64,000 bases of DNA from Paragordius varius. Lineage: Eukaryota; Animalia; Nematomorpha. The notes under the pieces are model-generated. The model made no database searches. It was not told the origin of the DNA and saw only the letters and a program-made list of their open reading frames with translations. Of the stretch, positions 55,001-64,000 are shown piece after piece. How positions within the stretch are numbered: the stretch's first letter is position 1; every line of letters begins with the position of its first letter. The position numbers and the translations under genes are program-made. The stretch is taken from positions 12,710,001-12,774,000 of the forward strand of contig OZ176052.1 in the NCBI GenBank assembly GCA_964247055.1. Direction: 5' to 3'.

Positions 55001-58000
55001 TTGAATAGTATAATCAAGAATTCAAATCTAAAATCAATTCTTCAAAACATTTATGAAAATGTTAAAAGTATTGCTAACAACCGTCCAGCTTTCGATCGGA
55101 ATCAGGAATATAATCCACCTATCTTATTTTACAAATTATTAGGTTAAATTAGTTTGACTTCATATATGTTTGTTGTTTAACTTACTGATATTTACTGCAA
55201 ATATAAAAATTTACCAATGCTGCTTTTTCTGAAAGATTCAAATATATGGAAATATAAATATTCACTTGTAAATTTAATTGGTTAAAACAATTTTGATTGA
55301 AAAAAATATGGCTATGGCTTTAACTGTTCTGCTTCCCGTCCTTTTTCTCTATTAAATGTTATAAATGGGAACTTCATTTTATATTTGGTGTTTGATATAA
55401 AGTACTATAGATATAAAAATGGCTGCAAAAAATATCTTTTATCAAATTTATTATAACACAATTTCTTGGATTAATCTTAATTGTTATCGGATATTCAGAT
55501 CGGTTAAAGTCTTTAATTTTAATATGTTATCACAATTAAGAAATCGCCGTAAATACTGTTAAATCCACTCAATGCTGATTAAATACTCAAATTTTTTATA
55601 TAAAACTTTTAATAGCCAATGAGTTGATCTAAAAATGATAATATACAAATTTATTAAAGTTCATAAGACAAATAAATGAATTTATTAATTATAATACCAT
55701 TTATACCTCAAATTCACCCTCAGACAATTCTTCCCCTTAAACAATTCACCCTTAAATTTATGTGTTTTTGCTCAAATATTACCTATATCTTTTTATATTT
55801 TTACTAATAAAATTTCGTTTAAAATTTACAAAACCGAAAAAATAAAATTGGAATAGTTCAAGGATGAATTTAATTTGTTCAACTGAATCTTAATTGTTCA
55901 AGGGTGAATTCGAAGTGTAAATGGTATATTTGGTAAAATCTAGGGTTCACTATTAAATCTCGGCATTTTTTATCTTCATAATAAAATCAAAGAATAAAAC
56001 ATGCTATAATCTTATATTTTAGGAAAAGAAGTTGGCCACATACCGCTCAAAAAGATTATGGGATACCTCAAAACTGGCGCGTCAAAAAATCTTTTGCTTC
56101 AGGAATTCAATTTCTTAAAGTTTTTATATTTGTAATATACTGCCGATAATAATTTAGGGATAACTTTATCATAAAACACACCCAAGTAAAAAACAGTCAT
56201 TCCAAAAAACATTTTTGTAGCATTTTTTGTGGGGTATATGATTACGGTTTATAATTCTAATATGCATGTGTAACCTATGATTCCATATTTCTTTTCGTCA
56301 AATCGTTCATTATATTTTTGATTTCGCCTTATTAGTATATTAATAAAAAAATAAATTTAAATGTATGTATTTTAGAGTTTTTAAATCTATGGAGCATATG
56401 TCTATTATGCCAACCTACTCGGGCTTAGCACACCAAATTACCCTAGACGGAATACTCGGAATTCAGGCAAAACACAAGATGTTAAGTCTGTCAAAATGGG
56501 AATTTTACCGAAGGTTAACAATTGTATAAAAAGTTATATTAACGTATCGTTATGAAAATAAGGTGATTTTAATCTAAGATTTGATACTTGGGAACAGATT
56601 TATTATAGTAATATAGCTGCTCGTAAAATATGGCTAAATTTTCTTATTTATTTAGCATTAATCATTACGGGTCAGTTAGTTCAGGGTTTCTGGGCTTGAC
56701 ACCTAAAAATAAATGGGAGTTGGCAAAAACTTTTTTTTCCGTTTTTAAAGTTGTTCCGAATATTCAAATCAACCGGAAACTCTCATCTGAGATAACCATC
56801 ACAATAGATGCGCCTCAAGAAAGCCCCATCTATAAAATGAGGTATAATAAAAGGAAAAGATACATAGCAAATAAAGTTTACTTTATTAACAATAAATATT
56901 TTTATCATTCGGCTTTCAATTTGTATATTTATACATTACTTAGGAAAGATATGTACATATACACTAACGGGAAGCGAATCGATTGGATTCATAAACCTGT
57001 TTCCTTCTTCCCATGTGATTTTGGAAAGAGTTTAGGATTCTATCCATGCTGCAACAAATCATATGTTGAATTCGAAAAAAATTCCGAATACCTGATATCG
57101 ACAACCTCATTTTTGGAAAATCCCTTAGAAACAAAATGCACCATGAAATTCCTGTACATATTTAAGATTCCTTATTTTATTGTATATATATTCATACGTA
57201 AATTAGAGTCAAAAATGTGGTATTAAAATATGAACAATCATATCCAATTCAGGGATCCCCTAGCCGTATAGCTTTTAGTTTTGGACAAAATGATGGAAGT
57301 ATTAATTTGCATATTTATATAATTGGTTTTAAATACAATTTTTACAATGTTTAAAGAATTTAATTATATTACTACAAGCAAAGTAATTAAAATTAGTGAG
57401 TAAATATAATTTCAATTTAAAAAAACTAACCAATCCTTATTAGTAAAAAAATGTGAATGTGACATTTGTTTTCACAAAAATATTATATAATTACTAACTA
57501 AAAAATATATTAATAAACCTTATTAATTCCCGTTATCTATGGATAGAAAGATATCAATTAACATATTAACCAAACTTCCAAGTTTCATTAATAAATTTTA
57601 AGCTTATTTTTGATTTTGCAGGCATCAAAATAATAGACTTATTTTATGAAAAAACGCATTCAAAAACTCTTTACAACCTAAATTTGTACAATCTGGATGA
57701 TACTACAAACAATGACACTTTATCTCAATCTCAATCCTTACAAAATAACCGTTTACAAAATATTTCTCATGTTTTGACATTTGAAGTATGATAAAATAAA
57801 AAATTATTATTAAGTTTTAGACATGAATTAATAATTTAGAATTAAGCTTATACACCTTTTGATACTAAACACAATTGAAAATATTATATGATTAAATAGA
57901 TTATTATTCAAATTTGTTGAAGTTTTTTAATATTAACTTTTGTAATCATCAGTCTCTTCCACTGTGTAGCTTACTTAATTGTATCGTATCTAATTGTTGT

Positions 58001-60611
58001 ATTCTATTTCTTAACAAAATAATAGCCTCTGAAAATTAAAAATTTTGTTCGAGCCTATAACTATTATTACATACCAACGTTCAGATTACACAGCAAGAGG
58101 ACCAATTGAGTAAGGTAAACAGTCTATCTTTCAATTACAAATGCACGCAACTAACATTTTATTTTGGAGGATTCAGGAAAGTTATGGGGAATGCGCTAAC
58201 AATCGATGGAAGTATTAACCTGAAATGGTGGGATGTTAAAATTTATATTAAATATATCAGAAATTGTCAAATTTTGGGTTACTTTGGAGACTAAATTTAA
58301 GGAACGTAAGGGTATCTATATAAAAAAATAGAAAAACTAACTTGGAAAAACATTAACAAAGCTAAGACTTAAATCACAAGAATGTAAAAATTTAAACAAT
58401 CAACCATTTTCGATTTCGTTAAAATCATATTATAAGCTAAGTATTTTTTTGATGAAATTTATTTCGATTTTAGTTCCATTATAATATAAAATTTTCCCTC
58501 TTAGTTAAACAAACGTGTAATTTCAAACGCTTTAATTGCTTTGGATGAGGGTCTGGTCCACTGTGTTTTAGTCATTTTTGTTTTTAATATTTTTAAAACT
58601 TAGTTAGGAGTCCATGCGATGCGCCCTTATAAATTAAATTAATCTATTTTAATCTATTGCTTAATAAATCAGTATATTAAAATAATCCATTTAAACTTAA
58701 GCAATTTTGAATATTATTTAATTGATAGAATACATTATATTTTTTTATAAATGAAAAAAAGTAGATATTCTAATTTTATAAAATCAAACAGGAGCTTCCG
58801 AAAAATTGGCGAAAACAGTATAAAAAATTTTAAGCTTTGAAATGATATATATATATATATATATATTAGTTAAGTAATTAGCGCTTTTTTGTGTTGCTTT
58901 TTTTATTGACACTCGATTTTTTTCTGAAGCTTATCATCTAATAAAAAATCCAGTTTTGGAAAAATTAAAAAGGTACTCCTAAATTTGACAAAGTTATATT
59001 TATAAACCTCAAACTATTTGTGTTTTTATGGTACCTAGCATTCAATCGTGCTTTTTGCTGGATACGTTTGAGATAAAGCTAAATCATAAAAGATTGATTA
59101 ATCACGAAAGAGATGTCATCGTTATCACAACTGATTCTCAAATTTTTCATAATAATGAAAGTAAAATTAACGCTATTGGGGAAATCAGACATAACAAAGA
59201 CGAATCTAAGGCAATTTGGAAAGGGGCCATTAAAACAGGCTATTCGGACGAGGTTTATTAAAACATAAATATCAAGCTGATGTTATCTCATAACTCAATT
59301 TCATTTAAATTTTCCTCTGATATATGGATTAATTGGATGTAATTGTCATTTTTCTTTTGAAGTTTATACAAAAATTCTCATGTTTTATTATCATACTCAT
59401 CTTTATAAAAAATATATAAACCTTATTATAGATTTCCTTCAACGTTAGTATTCGATATTCTTCGCGATTGGGAAAAATAAATCCCCAACCTGCCCAAAAA
59501 GATGAATCTTTAAAAAGGTTTAATAGGGATTATGCCAAAGAATTGCTAAAACATAAATATGATTGGGAAATCAGAGTAAACGCTGTGCATAATTTTGAAA
59601 TATCCAACATTCTTTACACAAACGTAGACTCCTTTGACGGAAAAATTGCCTTTATTTATAATATGGGTGAACAAAAATATGGGTTCATTCTGGACCATCA
59701 AACAATTAGTAAAGAAGATATCCAATATGACGATGTTAATAAAGACCAACATGTTATGCAAATGGAACAAAAAAATGTAAAAAATGTTCCTGAGCCAGAA
59801 TCCCAATTGGATACCACTAAACTTAGGGACAGGTAGAATTAATTTTTTTTACATAATTCAATTATTATATATTTATCCTTTATAAGTATTCAAAGTACAT
59901 ATGTGTTTACTATCTTTCCATTGGATTACAAACTGGGTTTCTATTTGGCATATAATCTAACCTACGGAGATGATATAGTACTTAAATTGTGGCAAGATGC
60001 AATTGATATAAAAAGTGGAGAAAACAACTGTAATACTTTAGCGGAGATTAAAACAATGAATGGAAATATTCAGTATGTATTGTTGATAAAATGCAAATAA
60101 TTTAATTCTTTCAGCATTGGATTTTATTTATTAAAAATATTTTATAACATAATTTTCGCAAAATTAGCGTTCATTTGAAATAATTTTTTTGTTTAAGCTA
60201 ATGATTTCAAAAAAATTGTAATAGGGCGATAAAAAATTATTTGGTGGATTATGTATAATGTTTAAATGGTTTGATCTTTGTTAATTATTAGTTACCACTT
60301 AAACCATAAATCGCCCATTTATCTTATGAATTTGGTTGGAAACATTACAATGGAAAGTGGAAAAATTCAAACTTTTAATTCGATGAATGGAAGATTTTTG
60401 CCATTGGAATTAGAAGGTTGGAAAGGCAAAATTTTTAATAATACCGTTAATTTGGTGTAAATCATTATGATATTCAAGGGATTTGTTTTAACAGATCAGG
60501 CCTTTTTTATTTATCAATAGATTGAGAGGTATCTCTTATGAGCTTTAATAATTTTCATATTTTTCGATGATGAGCTTTCAGAACCCGTGAAAATCGGGGG
60601 TCAAAAGCTAT

Positions 60612-60657
<46 letters not shown>

Positions 60658-62627
60658 AAAAAAAATATATATATATATATATAATAAACAAAAAAATTAA
60701 AAAATTTAATTAAATATTAAAAATAATCTATTTATTAAGTTATTTTCTCAAAAAACATGAGAAAATGCATAACCAAAAAATTATAATTTTTCAAACAATT
60801 TTGGCGAAAATATGGATAAATTGGAATATATAGATACAGCAATACTTAATTAATCCCTAAACCAAAATTTTATAATAACTTTTTATACATACACATTAAA
60901 ACGACAACCGAATTTAGTGCTTGAAATAATTATAAATATATCGATATTAAGCGTTTACAATTCGAACATATTTAAAATAAAAATTTTGATCGAAACTAGA
61001 TGTTTTTATGTTTGATATTATTTAGCTTTTAAATTACTTAAAAATGATGTTTTGTCCCTACCTATATAATATTATAAAAGTATATTATTTTTTTCAAAAT
61101 CAATTGAATCCTAGATGTAATGCAACTTTAATTTAGCATTAAGCCTAATAAAAGTATAAAAACTACTTTTAAACACTTTCTTATAGATATATTATTTTTG
61201 ATTCCTAAAAAAGCCCCCAATATTTTTGGGAAGCGAAACTGGAACTCCAACTGTTTATATTCGAATTCCCTATTATATTTTTTGTAGAATACATGGCCAA
61301 AATCAATTACGTCGATCAGTTTGATGTTCAGTTTAAAACTGAACAGAATCCTTATTCTCTAAATTATTCAGTAAACTTTGACCTAATAACAGTAAGTTCT
61401 ATCAAAATTTTTTTATATGGTTAAAAATATATTAATTTTAATTAAAACAGGACAATGACAATGATAGCTGGAGTTCGATTATAAATATGAACGGAATGAC
61501 TGGTTGGATAAAAGAAGTTTCAAATATTATAGGAAATATAGACACAACGCTTAAACTGAATGAAGATGGAAACAAATTTGAATTTGTTACATTATATTAT
61601 CCTAAAGTAATAATTTGACAAACTATCCAATTTTGTATCACTTTATATATAAAATGCAAAGTCCAAATTTAGAGTCATAAATGTTTTTTCAATTTTAATA
61701 TATTTTTAAACAGTGTACTACCTTTCAAAAGCCCAAAAATTTGTACTCATCCAGTATATAAGAAATATAAATCAAAAACTGATTTAAGCAGTCAGTGATT
61801 TTAAATTTTTGGTTGTATGGATGTAATAATATACAATTAATAACTTGGCTTCTACATATTATCTTCTAAATGCAAAATAAAAGTATTTTATAAAATATGG
61901 AAAGGTCAAAAGTTAAATAAAGTATCAGCTTTGTGCGCTTTGCTCACTCTAATTACTTATTTTTTTATTTAAAATATGGATAAATTTACAATAGAGAAAT
62001 AAAATTACATGTTTATTTAAATAAAATTTCAACTTATATCAGTATAAAGTTTTTTTACAGCAGATTGAACAAACTAAATTTTAGAACCGTTAAGTTTAAT
62101 TTCATTTTGAAACCAATAATAATTTATAGAAATATTATGAAATGCTTTTTATATATCATATTCATTTGTATTTTAAATGTTTTACAAACATAAATATCGA
62201 AGATTATTTAAGTCATTTTTCATAATAAAATATAACAAATTAACAGTCGACTGCTTTGAAAAATTTTTATTTTATATTTCTGTAAGTTACATTCATTTTT
62301 TTCGGATTCTTAAAGCCAATAAAATTCCCTATCCAAAAATATCTAAATCAAAAAACATTATTTTGACCCTATTACAAACTATGGAATAGTAAATTTATTT
62401 ATCGCAATATATTTCTGAGATTATGTATTTATATTCATGGCTACTTATTTTTATGTATCATACATTTTATAGAATTTTCCTAATTTACCCCCAATTAAAG
62501 CAGCAACCCTTACGTTAGACCTTATTTCACCTAATGGCATATCTTATGTCTACTTTGAAGATGCGAATTTTCGTGATTTTGAATATAAATATCTAAAAGA
62601 ATTCTTAAAAAAGGTTGAATTTTTTAT

Positions 62628-62664
<37 letters not shown>

Positions 62665-63256
62665 AGAATATTTTTATAAATATATTATAATAGTCTTAAA
62701 TATATAAATTTGAATAGATATAAATATTTTTGAATCATATTTAAAACCAATTTCTTCATTTACTGTTTATATTAGCTAAACCTTATTGAACAAAAATTTT
62801 TGGCCCTAATTAGCGTCGGAAGAAGTGCATATTTTACAATTGGACATATGTACATATCATTTGCGAAAGATTCACTTCTTCGTGCAAAAGCAAAACAAAC
62901 TGTAGTGGGCATCTATCGTAATAATTTATTATAAATATTTAGCTTTCTATTAATATGTCTCATTGTTGTTAATACACATATTCAATTCTCAATAACCGTA
63001 TATTATAGCTGATACTATTGGAGATTTAAGTTATATCCCCCAAGCATTTGGCTATGTAAAGCAAATATTTTCCTCTGGTCCCACACCATCTTTTGAAAAA
63101 ATTTGGAAACAACTTGAATACTACGATAATATAATGAAATATGAGGATCAAGTATCTACCATAACAAACAAATTCGATATTACCAATGATATTTTAAACA
63201 ACCCTAACGATATGACAGGAGTTTTTTTACATCCTTTTAAATGGGTTAAGTTAACG
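41586..63256 (+). CDS. Large lipid transfer protein, apolipophorin/apoB/vitellogenin superfamily (signal peptide + Vitellogenin_N + DUF1943-like + long beta-rich region); 3' end lies beyond the window
   Basis: 34 GT-AG exons with consistent phases, 5301 nt = 1767 codons, no internal stop: 41586-41652, 41746-41906, 44156-44247, 44553-44709, 44779-44949, 45081-45214, 46969-47141, 48786-48946, 50005-50178, 51933-52126, 53056-53224, 53571-53809, 54357-54490, 54597-54847, 54965-55142, 56023-56119, 56376-56513, 56656-56841, 56944-57153, 57207-57298, 57622-57785, 58085-58234, 58792-58817, 59039-59252, 59432-59832, 59896-60072, 60292-60416, 61288-61391, 61451-61606, 61714-61753, 62247-62281, 62473-62613, 62776-62917, 63009-63256. 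LLTP-type motifs: FEYGYTYEY, CLHKLMFKTCT, VNFKKSIASA, RDIRGTC, FENLLKEIR, YLEALSQA, IKALLN, VRWAAF, ESSQFKS..TYFNTI, SFIPN..YEIG, LLGKEVG, MPTYSGL. Some boundaries (exons 6, 16, 22, 23, 27, 30, 31) are less certain. Confidence 0.9.
41746..47141 (+). CDS. LLTP exons 2-7, N-terminal beta-barrel of the Vitellogenin_N (LPD_N) domain
   Basis: FEYGYTYEYSL; KCLLTLSVGKQCLHKLMFKTCT (C-x8-CT spacing as in apoB CSFILKTSQCT); EIFATLEKSEIIFQTNKNEVSHVFHSPNDGTDIVNFKKSIASA; RDIRGTCLTVH; ILCQYTIKK..INCTETY. Confidence 0.85.
43680..43973. mobile_element. Family-B MITE (GGGTGAATTTGAATTGTTCAA subterminal repeats) in LLTP intron 2
   Basis: Inverted blocks TTGAACAATTCAAATTCACCC x2 on the left and GGGTGAATTTGAATTGTT x3 on the right. 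Confidence 0.8.
45248..45510. mobile_element. Degenerate hAT-like MITE in LLTP intron 6
   Basis: CAGGGGTCACCA...CACGGGCCG at the left and GCGGGCCGTGGACACCCCT at the right. No 8-bp TSD found. Confidence 0.45.
47190..48345. mobile_element. Second family-F foldback element, in LLTP intron 7
   Basis: Collinear with 29270-30482 and has the same arm pairs. Right end TTTTGCTGCACACCGTTT. The loop contains the shared core motif at 47779-47817. Confidence 0.8.
48786..53809 (+). CDS. LLTP exons 8-12, alpha-helical domain
   Basis: APFENLLKEIR; RQIYLEALSQADT; CLYALGSSI; LQLAAIKALLN (position of the LKALGN motif); IQISAMEVL; FISNPRYSLGVRWAAFLQ; ESESSQFKSLAGTYFNTILSVSEP. Confidence 0.88.
48978..49018. repeat. 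(TA)n microsatellite (others near 8852, 38583, 41170, 43371, 58846, 60625, 62632)
   Basis: About 20 uninterrupted TA units. Confidence 0.95.
49523..49808. mobile_element. Family-B MITE, opposite orientation to 43680-43973
   Basis: Same terminal repeats. Interior AAATAATACTGAAAAATTAATAAACTATGTCATAAAGATATATTTCA is the reverse complement of 43780-43825. Confidence 0.8.
51315..51830. mobile_element. Complete family-A MITE in LLTP intron 9
   Basis: TACCGTTTGCATTTCAAGAGTGTCCTTGAACAC ... GTGTTCAAGGACATTGTGAAGCAAATGGTA; same length and interior as 23194-23714. TA flanks suggest the Tc1/mariner superfamily. Confidence 0.85.
54357..57298 (+). CDS. LLTP exons 13-20, DUF1943/DUF1081-like beta-sheet region
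   Basis: HVIYERAISFIPNYVINYFILQYGGAFYPVYEIGVVGGGQILEDLL resembles apoB NLIFDPNNYLPKE...LIEIGLEGKGFE. Also LFYKLLGKEVGHIPL, MEHMSIMPTYSGLAHQITLDG and CDFGKSLGFYPCC. Confidence 0.85.
55694..55928. mobile_element. Family-B MITE in LLTP intron 15
   Basis: TACCATTTATACCTCAAATTCACCC ... GGGTGAATTCGAAGTGTAAATGGTATA; terminus shared with family A. Confidence 0.75.
57622..63256 (+). CDS. LLTP exons 21-34, long divergent beta-rich region; no vWD domain recognised within the window
   Basis: Open exons with YAG/GT boundaries and matching phases. Includes the 401-nt exon 59432-59832 and ORF-track frames 58106, 59028, 59468, 59903, 60278 and 62177. Confidence 0.72.
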
Positions 63257-63323
63257 GTATGTTATAACATTAAAGTGTATATATATCTTTTATCCCATTT
63301 CTTCACGTAAAAAATATTATTAA

Positions 63324-63523
63324 AGTCATGTATCCTTTATTTTATCAAAAAAATTTTTTTCGTTATATGGGTATGAAAACTTGGTAAAGAATGGAAAAAC
63401 CTTATGTTAACAATAACATGTTCATAAAAAAAGTATAGATTTACCTTGTTTTTCCATTCTTTACCAAATATTTATATCCATTTAACGAAAAAAAAATAAA
63501 TTTTTGATAAAGGATACATGACT
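63324..63523. mobile_element. 200-bp palindromic MITE, Kolobok-like (TTAA TSD, AG...CT termini), in the intron after LLTP exon 34
   Basis: TTAA|AGTCATGTATCCTTT ... AAAGGATACATGACT|TTAA; internal arms TTGGTAAAGAATGGAAAAAC / GTTTTTCCATTCTTTACCAA are exact. Confidence 0.8.
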
Positions 63524-64000
63524 TTAAACTCTATGTTGTGGGTTTTGCCGGACTCATAATATCGGATAGAAAAAAAGACTGAAGATATTTTTTTTAAAAA
63601 AGAAGATTTTTGTTATTAAAATTGATTGGACGATTCGTTTATATTATGTTGACGAATCGGTGTTATGTACATATTGCGTATTTTTTTCAGTATATACGAG
63701 GCTTGGGACTTAGTATGTAACGAGAAAGCTGAGAATTTTTATATAAAAATTATTAATTTTTCAAACAAATACTAAATGTTAGAATAGATAATTTTTAAAA
63801 CTACAGCCAATCATTTTATATTAATTAGCTTAGTAGACTAATTGTTCTTATGAAATTGTAATCACATGACTCTCATGAAGCCGTCTAATTATAGTGTAGT
63901 TTTACACTATTAACTTTCATTTTTTATTACTATTTATTATTAAACCATAATTATATGTCAATTTATACTTTTAAATGCTACATGCTATTCACATAGAAAA

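Noticed and set aside
56630-57226. 198-aa single-exon ORF
   Set aside because: It is LLTP exons 18 and 19 read through a 102-nt stop-free intron, plus flanking intron sequence.

Overview
Very AT-rich (roughly 20-25% GC by eye), intron-rich animal nuclear DNA. It is not prokaryotic: no CRISPR array, rRNA or tRNA was recognised. Most ORFs in the supplied track are spurious or are read through repeats; the real ones are exon fragments. Bases 1-30,500 are almost all repeats. They include a 75-bp satellite (1.25-4.09 kb) and a tandem array of ~1-1.3 kb palindromic units (7.2-14.3 kb). They also include TA-, TTAA-piggyBac- and Kolobok-type MITEs and long foldback elements, several of which nest into an ~8.5 kb degenerate palindrome (18.45-27.0 kb). 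Two plus-strand genes could be built by hand with canonical GT-AG introns and consistent phases. (1) A 4-exon TRAF3IP1/IFT54 (39302-41063) that encodes only the N-terminal calponin-homology domain (143 aa) and stops where the linker and coiled coil should begin. (2) Starting 522 nt later, a secreted apolipophorin/apoB-type large lipid transfer protein (34 exons, at least 1767 codons, running off the right edge). An unresolved coding-like minus-strand region with in-frame stops lies at 30.9-38.4 kb. The most interesting leads are the CH-only IFT54, a ~40-bp motif shared at the loop of different foldback families, the giant nested palindrome, and 5' splice sites that mostly lack +5G. Homology calls rest on remembered family motifs, not database searches.
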